Shown in pieces: positions 11,975 through 23,764 of a stretch of 64,000 nucleotides of DNA. The translations under genes were made by a program, and so were the position numbers. This stretch comes from Scyliorhinus canicula (taxonomy: Eukaryota). The notes below the pieces were generated by a model. The model did not search any database and was not told where the DNA came from. It worked only from the letters and a program-made list of their open reading frames with translations. Position 1 is the first letter of the stretch; each line of letters begins with the position of its first letter. The DNA lies in NCBI RefSeq assembly GCF_902713615.1, contig NC_052149.1:126607256-126671255 (forward strand), read 5' to 3'.

Positions 11975-13152
11975 AAAGAAGCAAAACCATGTCAATGTCT
12001 GGAACCAAATAGAAACATATTCTGAGTGTAGGCCTGAGGCCTGCTGCTGCCACTAATATTTGCAATTTTGTGTTTTACATTTTATTTCAGCTCTGCTTTG
12101 ATTTTAATATTTGAAGTGATTTTGTATTTTCTCACTTGATAAACACTGATCTTAACCCAGCTATGATTGTCCTTTGATTAATTAATCAATAATAATCAGC
12201 AGTGCCCTGTTTTTCTCAATCTTGTTTTCTCTCTATACTGGCCACACAGCTTTGTTTAGACTAAAACTTTTGTTTTTCCACTTTCTCAAACTAGAATATT
12301 AAAATAAGTTGTTTTTTGTCGATTAGAGTTGCTGTTCTCCGGCATTCTGTGACCTTGGATTACAGAGCAAGTCGCTGAGTAATCTTATCTGCTGTGGTCA
12401 CCTGAAGCATCAGAAGATGAAGTTTCATTGATGGGCATAACACCTGATTGATGACAGATGGGAAAACACCATCAAGAGCTCCGTAAACAAGCTGAATATG
12501 ACAAAGTCTGCTTCACCTTGAGCTCCCTGTCAGAGGAACTGAGAAGAGCTGAGATTTGTTTGGGGAAAGATTGTGTGGCAGGCTTCACGAGACTGGAATG
12601 GAGCCAGAAATCCAGTTTAAAGAGACATTACTTCAGAGACTCAGTGCTGGGGTGGAATAGTCATCCACGGACGTCAGGAGGAAGGGTCAGAAACGGACTG
12701 ACTGACCATAGTGCCCACCCACTGGGGTTACTCAGTGACTTGGTAATGAGTTTACTGAGGGGACAGTAAGGTGGGCACCAATTGTGGGGGACCCGTGGTG
12801 GAACAGACCAAATCGTGGTTATTGTTTGTGTTTGAACAAACATCTGACTGTCTTCTTTTCCTCAGATATGTACAAACTGCTTCACCTTTTGTCCGGATTC
12901 TCCTGTCTAAACCCGTTTGGCCATCATTTTTCTTTATTTTCTTTTATTTTGCAATTTCAATTTTTTAACATGGACAATTAATGTGCCGATGCCTTTAAGG
13001 TGGACTTCGAGTGTCTGGCCTTTTCAATGGCACCTGCCAATTGGTTGAGATTTCCTCTGCAAGTTCCTTCCTCCGTGTGACTGTGTTTTCGGTTTTACTT
13101 TTGTGTTGGTCAGAAGCTAGAGGGTCAGAACTCTGATTTCTCTCTCCTGAGC

Positions 13153-13485
13153 AGCACAGCAGCACAGTGGTTAGCACTGCTGCCTCACAGCTCCAGGGAC
13201 CCGGGTTCAATTCCATTCTTAGGTGACTGTGTGGAGTTTGCACTTTCTCCCCATGTCTGCCTGGGTTTTCTCCCGGTTCTCCCGGTTCCTCCCATAGTCC
13301 AACGATGTGCAGGTTAGATGGATTGACCATGCTAAATTGCCCCTTAGTTTCCAAAAGGTTAGATAGGATAACTGGGTTACAGGGAAAGGGTGGAGGAGTG
13401 GGCCAAAGTAGGGTGCTCTTTCCAAGGGCTGGTGCAGACTCGATGGGCTTAATGGCCTCCTTCTGCACTGTAGGGATTCTATGAC
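13153..13485 (+). mobile_element. HE1-type SINE
   Basis: GCAGCACAGTGGTTAGCACTGCTGCCTCACAGCTCCAGGGACCCGGGTTCAATTCC head, conserved core, tail ending GATTCTATGA. Confidence 0.85.
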
Positions 13486-13699
13486 TCATCTAATGGATTC
13501 TTTTTGATGATCTGAAGTGAAAACCTCTCTTTCTGCACAGCCAGACTGAACTGCAAGGAAACCAAAGTCAAGTCACCAGCTGCAGACAGGGTTCAGATGT
13601 TTAACTCCATTTTAATATCTTGTGTGGGAAGTCTGTTCCTATCTCAGTAAGACTGTTAGTCATTCTGGTGGAGTTGGAAATAAGTAAGAATTAAACTGA

Positions 13700-14244
13700 T
13701 CTGAAGCTGTTCCTTTGATTCAAGGCCCAGGTTATTAAAAGTTGAAGTGCCTCTCCCAGAGGGAGTCCTATTGGCTGGTAGTACTGGCTGAATGCTGCTG
13801 CCAGAAGACCATCTCTACCGCTACCGGTGGATCGATCCCAAAACATCCTGGCAGGACAACCTGCTGCAATAACTTCAATACCCGAAGAAAGGACACTCAT
13901 TTTTCATTTCAAATTAATCCCCCTTATTATTTTCACCCTTTTCCCCCTCTCTGGGTGTTTCTGTCTTGTGTCTGTTGAGTAGAGGGTGGAATGGGAAAAG
14001 GTGGGAATAGCAGATTAGAAAGCAGATATTCCATTGTGATTGCTGTACATGTCAAATTTGCTTGTGTTATAAATAAACAGTTATCGTTGTCAACTTACAA
14101 ACCAGGTGGCATTAACTTATTGAGCAGTCAAAGAGCCAAAGATTCTGTGAATTTTATACAAATTATTGGTTAATTCACTTGTGTTGGGACTCAGGAGTCT
14201 GTGGGGCTGGAATTGACCGTGCACTAGCCCAGGGTGTCATAACA
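13700..14244 (+). mobile_element. LTR-like sequence (left boundary uncertain)
   Basis: AATAAA near 14072 and an end of ...GTGTCATAACA at 14244. No TSD found. Confidence 0.3.
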
Positions 14245-14560
14245 CTTTCAATAAAGATATCTTTCTTCCTTTTCATATACTCTTTTTTAAAATATATTTG
14301 TTTTATATAAATTAGAGGTTATGGTTATAATCTTATTATCATTATTCAAAAAATTTCCAACACAATACTTGTGAGAGTTGCTCATTCCTGTAACGTGCGG
14401 CTTTGAACCTCAGTGAGACTCTGAAAGGGATTCTCACCTCTCCTCACAGGGAAACCCTTTATTGTCCGGTGAGTCCCTCCAGACAAACTGAATGAGATAA
14501 GCTGGGAACTATTCCAGGTGTAAAAGGGTCTGAGGAAATGATTCAGAGTTAGAAATAGAA

Positions 14561-15115
14561 GGCTGGATTCTCTGATTGCCGACGGCGAAATTGCATTCAG
14601 CGAGTGGCCGGAGAATCCATTTTGAGGCCAGAATCGGGGGCGGCGCCATTTTTCAGAGGCTCTGCCCCCTCCAAAATGGCGACATTGGGGTATATGCCGC
14701 ACTCTGTTGGGACGGCCTCAGGATGTCACCTGAAGGCCCTCACCCGATGCTCCATGCCCAATGGACCCACTTTCCGACGATGTGGATCACTTGTGGTCTG
14801 AGATTTTGTCAACCTGGTGTGGTGGCTGCGGAGTGTGTCCAGCACCCCCACAGTCAGGGGGTGGAGCCGTTCCATTGGCCGTGGGGGGGGCTTCGGCGGG
14901 AGCTGGGGGGACTGGTGGGGGGATAGTCCGGGGTTGGCGAGAGGGGTTACGGGGGGGGGGGGTACTACCTGGCAGGGTGGGTCCACGCATGGCTGGCACC
15001 ATATTGTACGGTACGGCCGCAGCAGTTTGCTGCCGTGCACATTCGTGGCCATGACTCGCCAATTCTCTATTCGTATCTGCAGGTAAAGCCGGGGGTTTTA
15101 CATAGCCATGCTTCT

Positions 15116-15148
<33 letters not shown>

Positions 15149-15930
15149 CTGGGCGGCGCCAACCTTTTCATCGTAGTACTAGGTACATGCTCCGGACATA
15201 GCCTCAAAGTCGGAGAAAGCAGCCCAGATTTCAGGAAAAACACACAGGACGGGATTCTCCTTTTCTGAGATTAAGGACTGGATTCTCCGATTTTGAGGCT
15301 ATGTCCGAAAGAAGTGTCGAGTTTTAGGATGGAACAGTTGGCATTGCCCTCGCACCGATGCTCTGCCCGGTGGGGGGCTAGCAGTTGGCATTGCCCTCGC
15401 ACCGATGCTCTGCCCGGTGGGGGGCTAGCATTTGGCAGTGCCCTCGCTCCCGCCAGGTGAGGGGCCAGCAGTTGTCAGTGCCCTCGCACCGATGCCCCGT
15501 AAGGTGGGGGGCTAGCAGTTGGCAGTGCCCTCGCACCGATGCTCTGCCCGGGGTAGGGGGCTAGCAGTTGGCAGTGCCCTCGCACCGATGCTCCGCCCGG
15601 GGTGGGGGGCTAGCAGTTGGCAGTGCCCTCGCACCGATGCTCCGCCCGGGGTGGGGGGGCCAGCAGTTGCCCCACATAAAACCCACAGCATTCCCGACAG
15701 AAACGGCCAGGGAATTGCCGGGGCCGTGGCTGCGCATGCTCACGGCGGCATCCTGCAGCGGTTGCGCCACACAGCATGGTGCGGCCGCATGCGCACCCGG
15801 TCTGCCAGATAATCCCCCTCGCCATCCCCGGGCAACCCCCAACCAGTCCCCTCAGCCCCCACTGAAGACCCCCCCCCCCGGCCAATGGAACGGCTCCACC
15901 CCCTGACTGTGGCAGTGATGGACACTCACC
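14561..15930. mobile_element. GC-rich TIR-family sequence(s) containing a ~45-bp tandem repeat (~15330-15665, ~8 copies)
   Basis: CTGGATTCTC terminal motifs at about 14563 and 15277. Repeat unit TAGCAGTTGGCAGTGCCCTCGCACCGATGCTCTGCCCGGTGGGGGGC. Confidence 0.55.
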
Positions 15931-15974
15931 ACCCCCACCCAATCCCACCCCATCCCACCCCCATCCCTCCCCCC

Positions 15975-18900
15975 CACCCCCACCTCCTATACCACCTATA
16001 CCTTCGTCCAGATCATTTATGTATATCACAAACAACAGTGGTCCGAGCACGGATCCCTGTGGAAAACCGCTAGTCACCTTTCTCCATTTTGAGAAACTCC
16101 CTTCCACCTGTTGCCTCTGTCTCCTGTTGCCCAGCCAGTTCTTTATCCATCTAGCTAGTACACCCTGAACCCCATACGACTTCACTTTTTCCATCAACCT
16201 GCCGTGGGAAACTTTATCAAATGCTTTACTGAAGTCCATGTATATGACATCTACAGCCCTTCCCTCATCAATCAACTTTGTCACTTCCTCAAAGAATTCT
16301 ATTAGGTTTGTAAGACATGACCTTCCCTGCACAAAACCATGCTGCCTATCACTGAGAAGTCTATTTTCTTCCAAATGTGAATAGATCCTATCCCTCAGTA
16401 TCTTCTCCAATAGTTTGCCTGCCACAGACGTCAAGCTCACAGGTCTATAATTCCCTGGATTATCCCTGCTACCCTTCTTAAACAAAGGGACAACATTAGC
16501 AATCTCCAGTCCTCCGGAACCTCACCCGTGCTCAAGGAGGCTGCAAAGATATCTGTTAAGGCCCCAGCTATTTCGTCCCTCGCTTCCCTCAGTAACCTGG
16601 GATAGATCCCATCCGGTCCTGGGGACTTGTCCACCTTAATGCCTTTTAGAATACCCAAAACCTCCCCTTTCCTTATGCCGATGTGACCTAGAGTATTTAA
16701 ACATCCATCCCTAGCCTCAACATCCGTCTTGTCCCTCTCCTTTGTGAATACCGATGCCAAGTACTCATTAAGAATCTCACTCATTTCCTCTGACTCCACG
16801 CATAAATTCCCTCTTTTGTCTTTGAGTGGGCCAATCCTTTCTCTAGTTACCCTCTTGCTCCTTATATATGAATAAAAGGCTTTGGGATTTCCCTTAACCC
16901 TGTTAGCCAAAGATATTTCATGACCCCTTTTAGCTCTCTTTATTGGGTTTGAGATTTGTCTACCTTCCTGATATTCCTCCAAAGCTTCATCAGTTTTGAG
17001 TCGCCTTTTTCATCTTAGCTAGTCTCACAATTCCACCCGTCATCCGTGGTTCCCTAATCTTGCCATTTCTATCTCTCATTTTCACAGGAACATGTCTGTC
17101 CTGCACTCTAATCAACCTTTCCTTAAAAGACACCCACAGTTCAAATGTGGATTTACCCTTAAACAGCTGCTCCCAATCCACATTCCCTAGCTCCTGCCGA
17201 ATTTTGTTATACTTGGCCTTTCCCCAATTTAGCACTCTTCCTTTAGGACCACTCTTGTCTTTGTCCATGAGTATTCTAAAACTTACGGAATTGTGATCGC
17301 TATTCCCAAAGTACCCACCGACTGAAACTTCAACCACCTGGCCGGGATCATTTCCCAATACCAGGTCCAGTATGGCCCCTTCCCGAGTTGGACTACTTAC
17401 ATACTGCTCTAAAAAACTCTCCTGGATGCTCCTTACAAATTCTGCTCCATCTACACCTCCAACAATACATGAGTCCCAGTCACTGTTGGGGAAGTTAAAA
17501 TCTCCCATCACAACCACCCTATTGTTCTATAATCTGTCTACATATTTGTAACTCTACTTCAAGCTTGCTTTTGGGAGGCCTGTAGTAAAGTCCCAACAAT
17601 GTTACTGCACCCTTCCTATTTCTTAGCTCTATCGATATTGCCTCAGTGCTCGAATCCTCCATCGTGCCCTCCTTAATCACAGCTGTGATATCATCTCTGA
17701 CTAGTAATGCAACTCATCCACCCCTTTTACCTCCCTCTCTATCCCTACTGAAGCATCTATACCCTGGGATATTTAGTTTCCAGTCTTGCCCTTCCCTCAA
17801 CCAAGTCTCAGTAATACCAATAACATCATATTCCCAGGTATTAATCCAAGCCCTAAATTCACCTGCCTTACCTGCGACACTTCTCGCATTAAAACAAATG
17901 CACCACAGACCACCTGTCCCTTTGCGTTCATCATCTCTTCCCTGTCTACTCTCCCCCTTAGTCACATTGAGTTTATTATCTGGTACCTTACTGGCTTTAG
18001 TTGCTGCCTCTTTACTGACCTCTAACTCCCTAATCTGGTTCCCATTCCCCTGCCAGATTAGTTTAAAACCTCCCCAACAGTGTTAGCAAAAGCACCCCCT
18101 AGGACATTGGTTCCAGTCCTGCCCAGGTGTAGACCATCCGATTTGTAATGGTCCCACCGCCCCCAGAACCGGTTCCAATGTCCCAAAAATCTGAACCCCT
18201 CCCTCCTGCACCATCTCTCAAGCCACATATTCATTCTGACTATTCTTGAATTTCTACTCTGACTGTCCCGTGGCACTGGTACCAATCCTGAGGTTACTAC
18301 CTTTGAGGTCCTACTTTTTAACTTATCTCCTAACTCCCTAAATTCTGATTGTAGGACCTCATCCTGTTTTTTACCTATATCGTTGGTGTCTTTATGCACC
18401 ACGACAACTGGGTGTTCACCCTCCCCCTTCAGTATGTCCTGCAGCCGATCTGAGACGTCCCTGACCCGTGCACTCGGGAAGCAACATTCCAATTGGGAGT
18501 CTCATTTTCGACCACAGAAATGCCTGTCTACTCCCCTTACGATTGAATCCCCTATGACTATAGCCCTGCCAGTCTTTTCCCGCACTTCTGTGCAACAGAG
18601 CCAGCCACGGTGCCATGAGCCTGGCTACTACTGCCTTCCCCTGGTGAGTCATATCCCCCAACAGTATCCAAAACGGTATACCTGTTTTGGAGGGAGATGA
18701 CCGCAGGGGACACCTGCACTGCCTTCCTGCTCTTTCTCGGCCTTTTGGTCACCCATTCCCTGTCTCCTTCACCAATACTAATCTGCGTGTGACCAACTCA
18801 CTGAACGTGCTATCCACGACCTCCTCAGCATCGCGGATGCTCCAAAGTGAGTCCATCCGCAGCTCCAGAGCCATCATGTGGTCTAACAGGAGCTGCAGCT

Positions 18901-19230
18901 GGACACACTTCCCGCACATGAAGGAGTCAGGAGCATCGGCCGCGTCCCTGAACTCCCACATTGAGCACGAGGAGCATAACACGGGTCTGGGATCTCCTGC
19001 CATTTTTACCCTTTACCTTAACTGATTACAAATATAATATCAAATAATGAATAAGTGAAAGGAATAAGGATTCTACTTACCAATCAGGTTATCGCTTTGC
19101 TGTGATGTCACTCTTCAAGGTAAGTTTTTAAAGACGACCCCTGGCCACTGTTCCCGCTGGAAATCTGAAGGCTGCTTCTCCTGAAGGCTGTGACGTCCAA
19201 GTTCAACTTCTTTCTACTTCTACCTGCCCT
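15975..19230 (-). mobile_element. CR1-clade LINE with 5' UTR, ORF1 (Cys zinc-finger + SGNH esterase), APE endonuclease and partial RT; frameshifted, 3' end missing
   Basis: ORF 18749-19003 has CSSC...CGKC; ORF 18058-18492 is esterase-like (DGLHL); 17714-17965 and 16990-17517 are endonuclease (GITETW, MGDFN, SDHN); 16437-16982 has KSPGPDGI; 15610-16485 has [19 protein letters not shown] and YINDL, then breaks off before FADD. Confidence 0.92.
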
Positions 19231-19289
19231 CGAGCCTTCTTCTTGATCTTTACTCGGCTGGGATCCTTACAGCGGTTGTGTTTTTTTTT

Positions 19290-21241
19290 GCAACAGCCAA
19301 TCAGTGGCTCCGAGCTACTGCCCTCTGCTGGATGCTTGCCTGGAGGATCACTTGCGTCTCGACCAGGGTCTCGATGCCCGAGGCCTTGGAGAACAGGGAG
19401 TGGACCATCTCTGTCTGGGTCTATACCACATTACCCAATGGCTGTGCCACCACCCTCTGGGTCTGTGCCACATCAGCCAGTGACTGTGCCACCTCCCTCT
19501 GGGTCTGTGCCACATCAGCCAGTGACTGTGCCACCTCCCTCTGGGTCTGTGCCACATCAGCCAGTGACTGTGCCACCTCCCTCTGGGTCTGTGCCACATC
19601 AGCCAGTGACTGTGCCACCTCCCTCTGGCACTGGCCCAAGTCAGCCAGTGCCCGGGCAATGCCATCGACGCCCTCAACCATGACCTGTTGTGACTGTGCC
19701 ACGCTCTAGAGCGCCATTACAATGTCCAGGTGGCTCTGGTACATGGCTGTCTGTGACAGCACAACCCTGTACTGGGGCTCGGCCCTCACCCACACAGAGT
19801 GCCCCAGACCTTGGACATCCTGACACATGGCCAATACCTTTGCCCACAAAACCTTCACAGCGGGTGGCACCCATGCTGTGTTGGTCTGGGCAGCACGCAT
19901 GGTCGGCACCATACCCTGCCCCTGCAGTCCATTGGACTTCTCGCACTGCACCTGCAGGCGCTGGATGATTGCTGACAGCCCCTCCTGTAGTCCCCGGCTC
20001 TGTGACTGTATCTCCATTATTGATGGGACCGTTGTTTCCAGAATCCCGCAACCCATCCTGCAGCACCTAGTCCCTGTCAGGCTGCCCTCCAACCGTCTGC
20101 CCACTCGGGAGTTCCTACCTCCTCCTGATGTACCACAGTACGTGTGTGGGGCACACCAGAGAGTGTCCCAGGAACCTCTTCACTAAAGTGCCCAACCGAG
20201 GTGAGTGTCTCTGGGCTTGTGGAGGGTGTTGGAGACGCTGTGATGGGACGTCAGTGTCATCCTGGGACCGGTGCTCCGGGTTTCTCGAGCTGTGTTTCGA
20301 GGGCTCCCGTTGCTGTCCATGTCCTCTTCCTCACTGCTATCCACCTGGAGTTGTGGTGGGGGTGGGGGCACCAGAAGGGTCCCCTCATTGCCATGTGATC
20401 CTGCAAGACCCAGACATGACGCATTATTGGGCCATGGGTTGGGGTGGTGGGTGGTGGTGGAGGAGGGGGTGGTGTTGGGGTGGTGGTGGAGGAGGGGGGT
20501 GGTGTTGGGGTGGTGGTGGGGCGGTGTGGGTGTGGTGGCAGTGGAGGAGTGGATGGGGAGGGAGCATGGGGTGGAGGTGCTGGTGGTGACATATGGGTGC
20601 CATGGGGAACCACAACTCAGTGGGGTCTCAGTTGCTCGCCTGATACCGACCACCGCCTCGGCAACTGCCCTCTCTCCAGGCCCACCAACCAGGTCCAGTG
20701 CCCGCTTCCCCAGTACGGTGAGAGGCTGCAGGTCCGGTAGGCCCCCTCCACTCTCTTCCCTCTCCCGGCGGCTGTGGGTAGCTTTATCCTGCTGGGGTGG
20801 GGGAGGGAGACAGAAAACACACTGTGTTAGACAATCAGACACATACAACACAGGAGGTGGGCAGATGGTGGCCATTGTGGCCAGGGCACCGGCCATGGCA
20901 GCCAGTATGGGTGCTGGCATGTGCTGCAGGGTGGGGAGTGCTCGCCCTCTGGGTGGGGGAGGCGGGGTTACGGGGGTTAGTGCCAGGGGCACAGCGCTGC
21001 CGACTTACCTCGGCCTCGTTGAGGAGGTGGTGCAGTCTTTTGTGGCACTGCTGTCCGGACCTGGTGGAGGGGTCCATGACGCTCAAGGCATCTTACACCT
21101 CCATCCAGGCCCGGTGTACGGCAACAGTGACAACCTTCTTCTCACCCCGGGGTACAGGGTAGCCCGCCTTTCCTCCATGGCGTCCAGCAAGGTCTCCAGC
21201 TCAGTGTCTGTGAACCAGGGTGCCGCTCTCACTGCTGCCAT
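19290..21241 (-). pseudogene. Harbinger-type Myb/SANT-like accessory gene, spliced, with coiled-coil C-terminus; disrupted
   Basis: ATG at 21241 reads MAAVRAAPWFTDTELETLLDAMEERRATLYP, then frameshift/stop, then RSGQQCHKRLHHLL. Donor GTAAGT after 21009; acceptor before 20788 (DKATHSRREREESGGG). The downstream LETTVPSIMEIQ segment is homologous to 53332-53565. Confidence 0.7.
19440..19660 (-). repeat. 42-bp tandem repeat, ~5 copies, encoding QREVAQSLADVAQT (double heptad)
   Basis: Direct repeats CAGTGACTGTGCCACCTCCCTCTGGGTCTGTGCCACATCAGC; ORF 19421-19702. Confidence 0.9.
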
Positions 21242-21787
21242 CTTGTTGTTTGGAATGAGTGTGTGGGGAGTGAAGTGCGACTTTGCAGCAGCAGCTTGTC
21301 AGCCTCTCAACTGTCAATCCCGACTCCGGCAAATCCAACACCGTTTCCCGTTGGAATCAATTGTTTCCCACTTGGCACCGGTGCTAGCCCCATTAACGGC
21401 TAATGAATTGCTCCAGTCGCGCCCGCGCAGTTGACGGGCGCTGGTTGGGGACCGCTAAAGGAGGTCCCCGCGGCGATTCCCCACGGTTGACCAGCCGAGA
21501 TACCGCCGGCATGGTTCACGTATGGCTCCTTCCAATGGGAGATCGGCATCGCGGCTGCGGTGGCCGTCCTGGTGTGGGGAGTGGGCATCGGTCTCCGTAG
21601 GCGGGGGACCTCCACAACGGCCAGGCCCGCAATCGAGGCCCACCAATCGGAGTGCGCGGGCGATCACTGGTGAGGCGGGGCCTACCTTCTCCGTGCTGGA
21701 CCCCCTGTGGGATTCAGAATCGCTGGACCAAGAGGCCCGTTAAAGCCGGCGTGAAACACTTTGCCGCGTTTTTAGAGAATCCCGGCC
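21242..21787 (-). mobile_element. Terminal/promoter segment of the Harbinger-type element
   Basis: Directly upstream of the Myb-like ATG and ending AGAGAATCCCGGCC, the terminal motif shared with the MITE-like elements. Confidence 0.55.
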
Positions 21788-22072
21788 ACTGTCTTCCAGA
21801 AGCTCTTTTAATAATCTAATTATTGACTAAATGGTGAAAAGAGATTGTGAGGACAATGTTACCATGGAGATGAATGGGATACTGTAACCATGGTAGCAAG
21901 GTGATCAGAATGGATTGGGAAGAATAAACTCGGTTTTGCTGCCTCTACGTGGTTATATTGAGATCACATTTATGTTTCCTTAATAAACTGTGATTTAGTG
22001 GAAATGTATATGGACCATCGAGAAAAATGGACAAATTACTGTCAGACTTGTGAGTGAACAAAGGAACACACC

Positions 22073-22755
22073 ACACAGACTAGATTGTGAACTGTGATGT
22101 ACCTGTGTACACAGACTGGATTGTGAAGTGTGATGTACCTGTGTACACAGACTGGATTGTGAAGTGTGATGTACCTGTGTACACAGACTGGATTGTGAAG
22201 TGTGATGTACCTGTGTGCACAGACTGGATTGTGAAGTGTGATGTACCTGTGTACACAGACTGGATTGTGAAGTGTGATGTACCTGTGTGCACAGACTGGA
22301 TTGTGAAGTGTGATGTACCTGTGTACACAGACTGGATTGTGAAGTGTGATGTACCTGTGTACAGACTGGATTGTGAAGTTGTGGTAATACCACTGTATAT
22401 ATATGTGTGTGCCTGTATTAGGGGATGTACAATAGTACTGGCTATTACAGGTTTGTCGAAAGCCGCTGCATAGTTTGTCGGTAAGCCGCTGCCGGCTAGC
22501 TCCGCCCACAGGAGCAGGATAAATATCCATGAGGTCTCCTGAGCTGCCATTTTACAGCTCCACTTGAGGTAATAACATCTCACGGTAATAAAACCTCTTT
22601 TGTACCGTTTCGTGTTTCTGTGTGCAATTGTTAGCGCAACAGCACTGTGATGTGCTTGTATACGCAGACTGGATTGTGAAGTGAGATGTACCTGTGTACA
22701 CAGACTGGATTGTGAAGTGTGACGTACCTGTGTAGACAGAGAGGATTGTAAAATG
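22073..22755 (-). repeat. 36-bp minisatellite, reverse complement of the 6308-6846 array (~8 + ~3 copies, interrupted)
   Basis: Unit GTACCTGTGTACACAGACTGGATTGTGAAGTGTGAT; the same VYTDWIVKCDVP periodicity appears on the opposite strand. Confidence 0.95.
22380..22641 (+). mobile_element. Solo-LTR-like insertion inside the 36-bp array
   Basis: TGTGGTAATAC...GCGCAACA ends, AATAAA near 22587, unrelated to the flanking array. No clear TSD. Confidence 0.45.
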
Positions 22756-23167
22756 TGAGCATTGGTGCGACCATCAATTCACTCGGAGACTCGAGTCAAA
22801 GTATACATTCGTTTTAGTGAGCTTACAACATTGCCTGCCTGCGACCGGTACATTACTGAAGGCGGGCCCGCAGGTCAGCTGCTCTTATACTTCCTGAAAG
22901 GGGCGGTGCCATGGGCGGAGCCCCTACATGCTCCACATCTCCCCCATTGGGTGAAGCCACACAGTGGCCCATAGATGGAGCCCACAGGGTTAATACCATG
23001 GTCTAATGCAACACAGTATATTGGTGAATTAATAGTTCTTATACATTCACCACACACTACAAAAGAGGAAATTCAAAGGTGGCCTGGCATTACCGAACCG
23101 GCAATACTTCCACTGGGCAGCAATGGCAGAAAGACTGAGAGGATGGGTAAGCAAATCCAACTCAGAG

Positions 23168-23520
23168 CGGGGCAGCACGGTAGCATGGTGGTTAGCATAA
23201 ATGCTTCACAGCTCCAGGGTCCCAGGTTCGGTTCCCGGCTGGGTCACTGTCTGTGTGGAGTCTGCACGTCCTCCCCGTGTGTGCGTGGGTTTCCTCCGGG
23301 TGCTCCGGTTTCCTCCCACAATCCAAAGATGTGCGGGTTAGGTGGATTGGCCATGATAGTTTGCCCGTAGTGTCCTTAAAAGTAAGGTTAAGAGGGGGGG
23401 GGGTGGTTTTGGGTTACGGGTGTAGGGTAGATGCGTGGGTTTGAGGAGGGTGATCACTGCTCGGCACAACATCGAGGGCCGAAGGGTCTGTTCTGTGCTG
23501 TACTGTTCTATGTTCTATGG
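23168..23520 (+). mobile_element. HE1-type SINE
   Basis: GGGCAGCACGGTAGCATGGTGGTTAGC head, core, and (TGTTCTA)n tail. Confidence 0.88.
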
Positions 23521-23764
23521 GTGCGGATGGAGGAGGCCTCCTGCAAGGGGACCCTCCAGGCATTGGCTCCAGCAGCACTCCCATCCCCTTCGGCAAAATA
23601 TACATCAAGCCCAGGGGTAGCGGCCACACTGAAACCGTGGGGCCCAATTACAGCAGCACTTAGGCTGACTAGGATCTGCCCCGTGGCCCCCATCTGTGAC
23701 AATCACAGATTCCCCCCCCCCCCCTCCCAGCCATGCCAGACACCACCTTCAGCAAATGGAGACA

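Noticed and set aside
12458-12769. 103-aa ORF in a non-repeat-looking island
   Set aside because: No recognisable motif and no supporting splice structure; the length is within chance expectation.
20271-21434. 387-aa plus-strand ORF and other GC-rich ORFs in the TIR elements
   Set aside because: They are antisense to the Harbinger Myb-like remnant or lie in GC-rich repeats with few stops, and have no recognisable domain.
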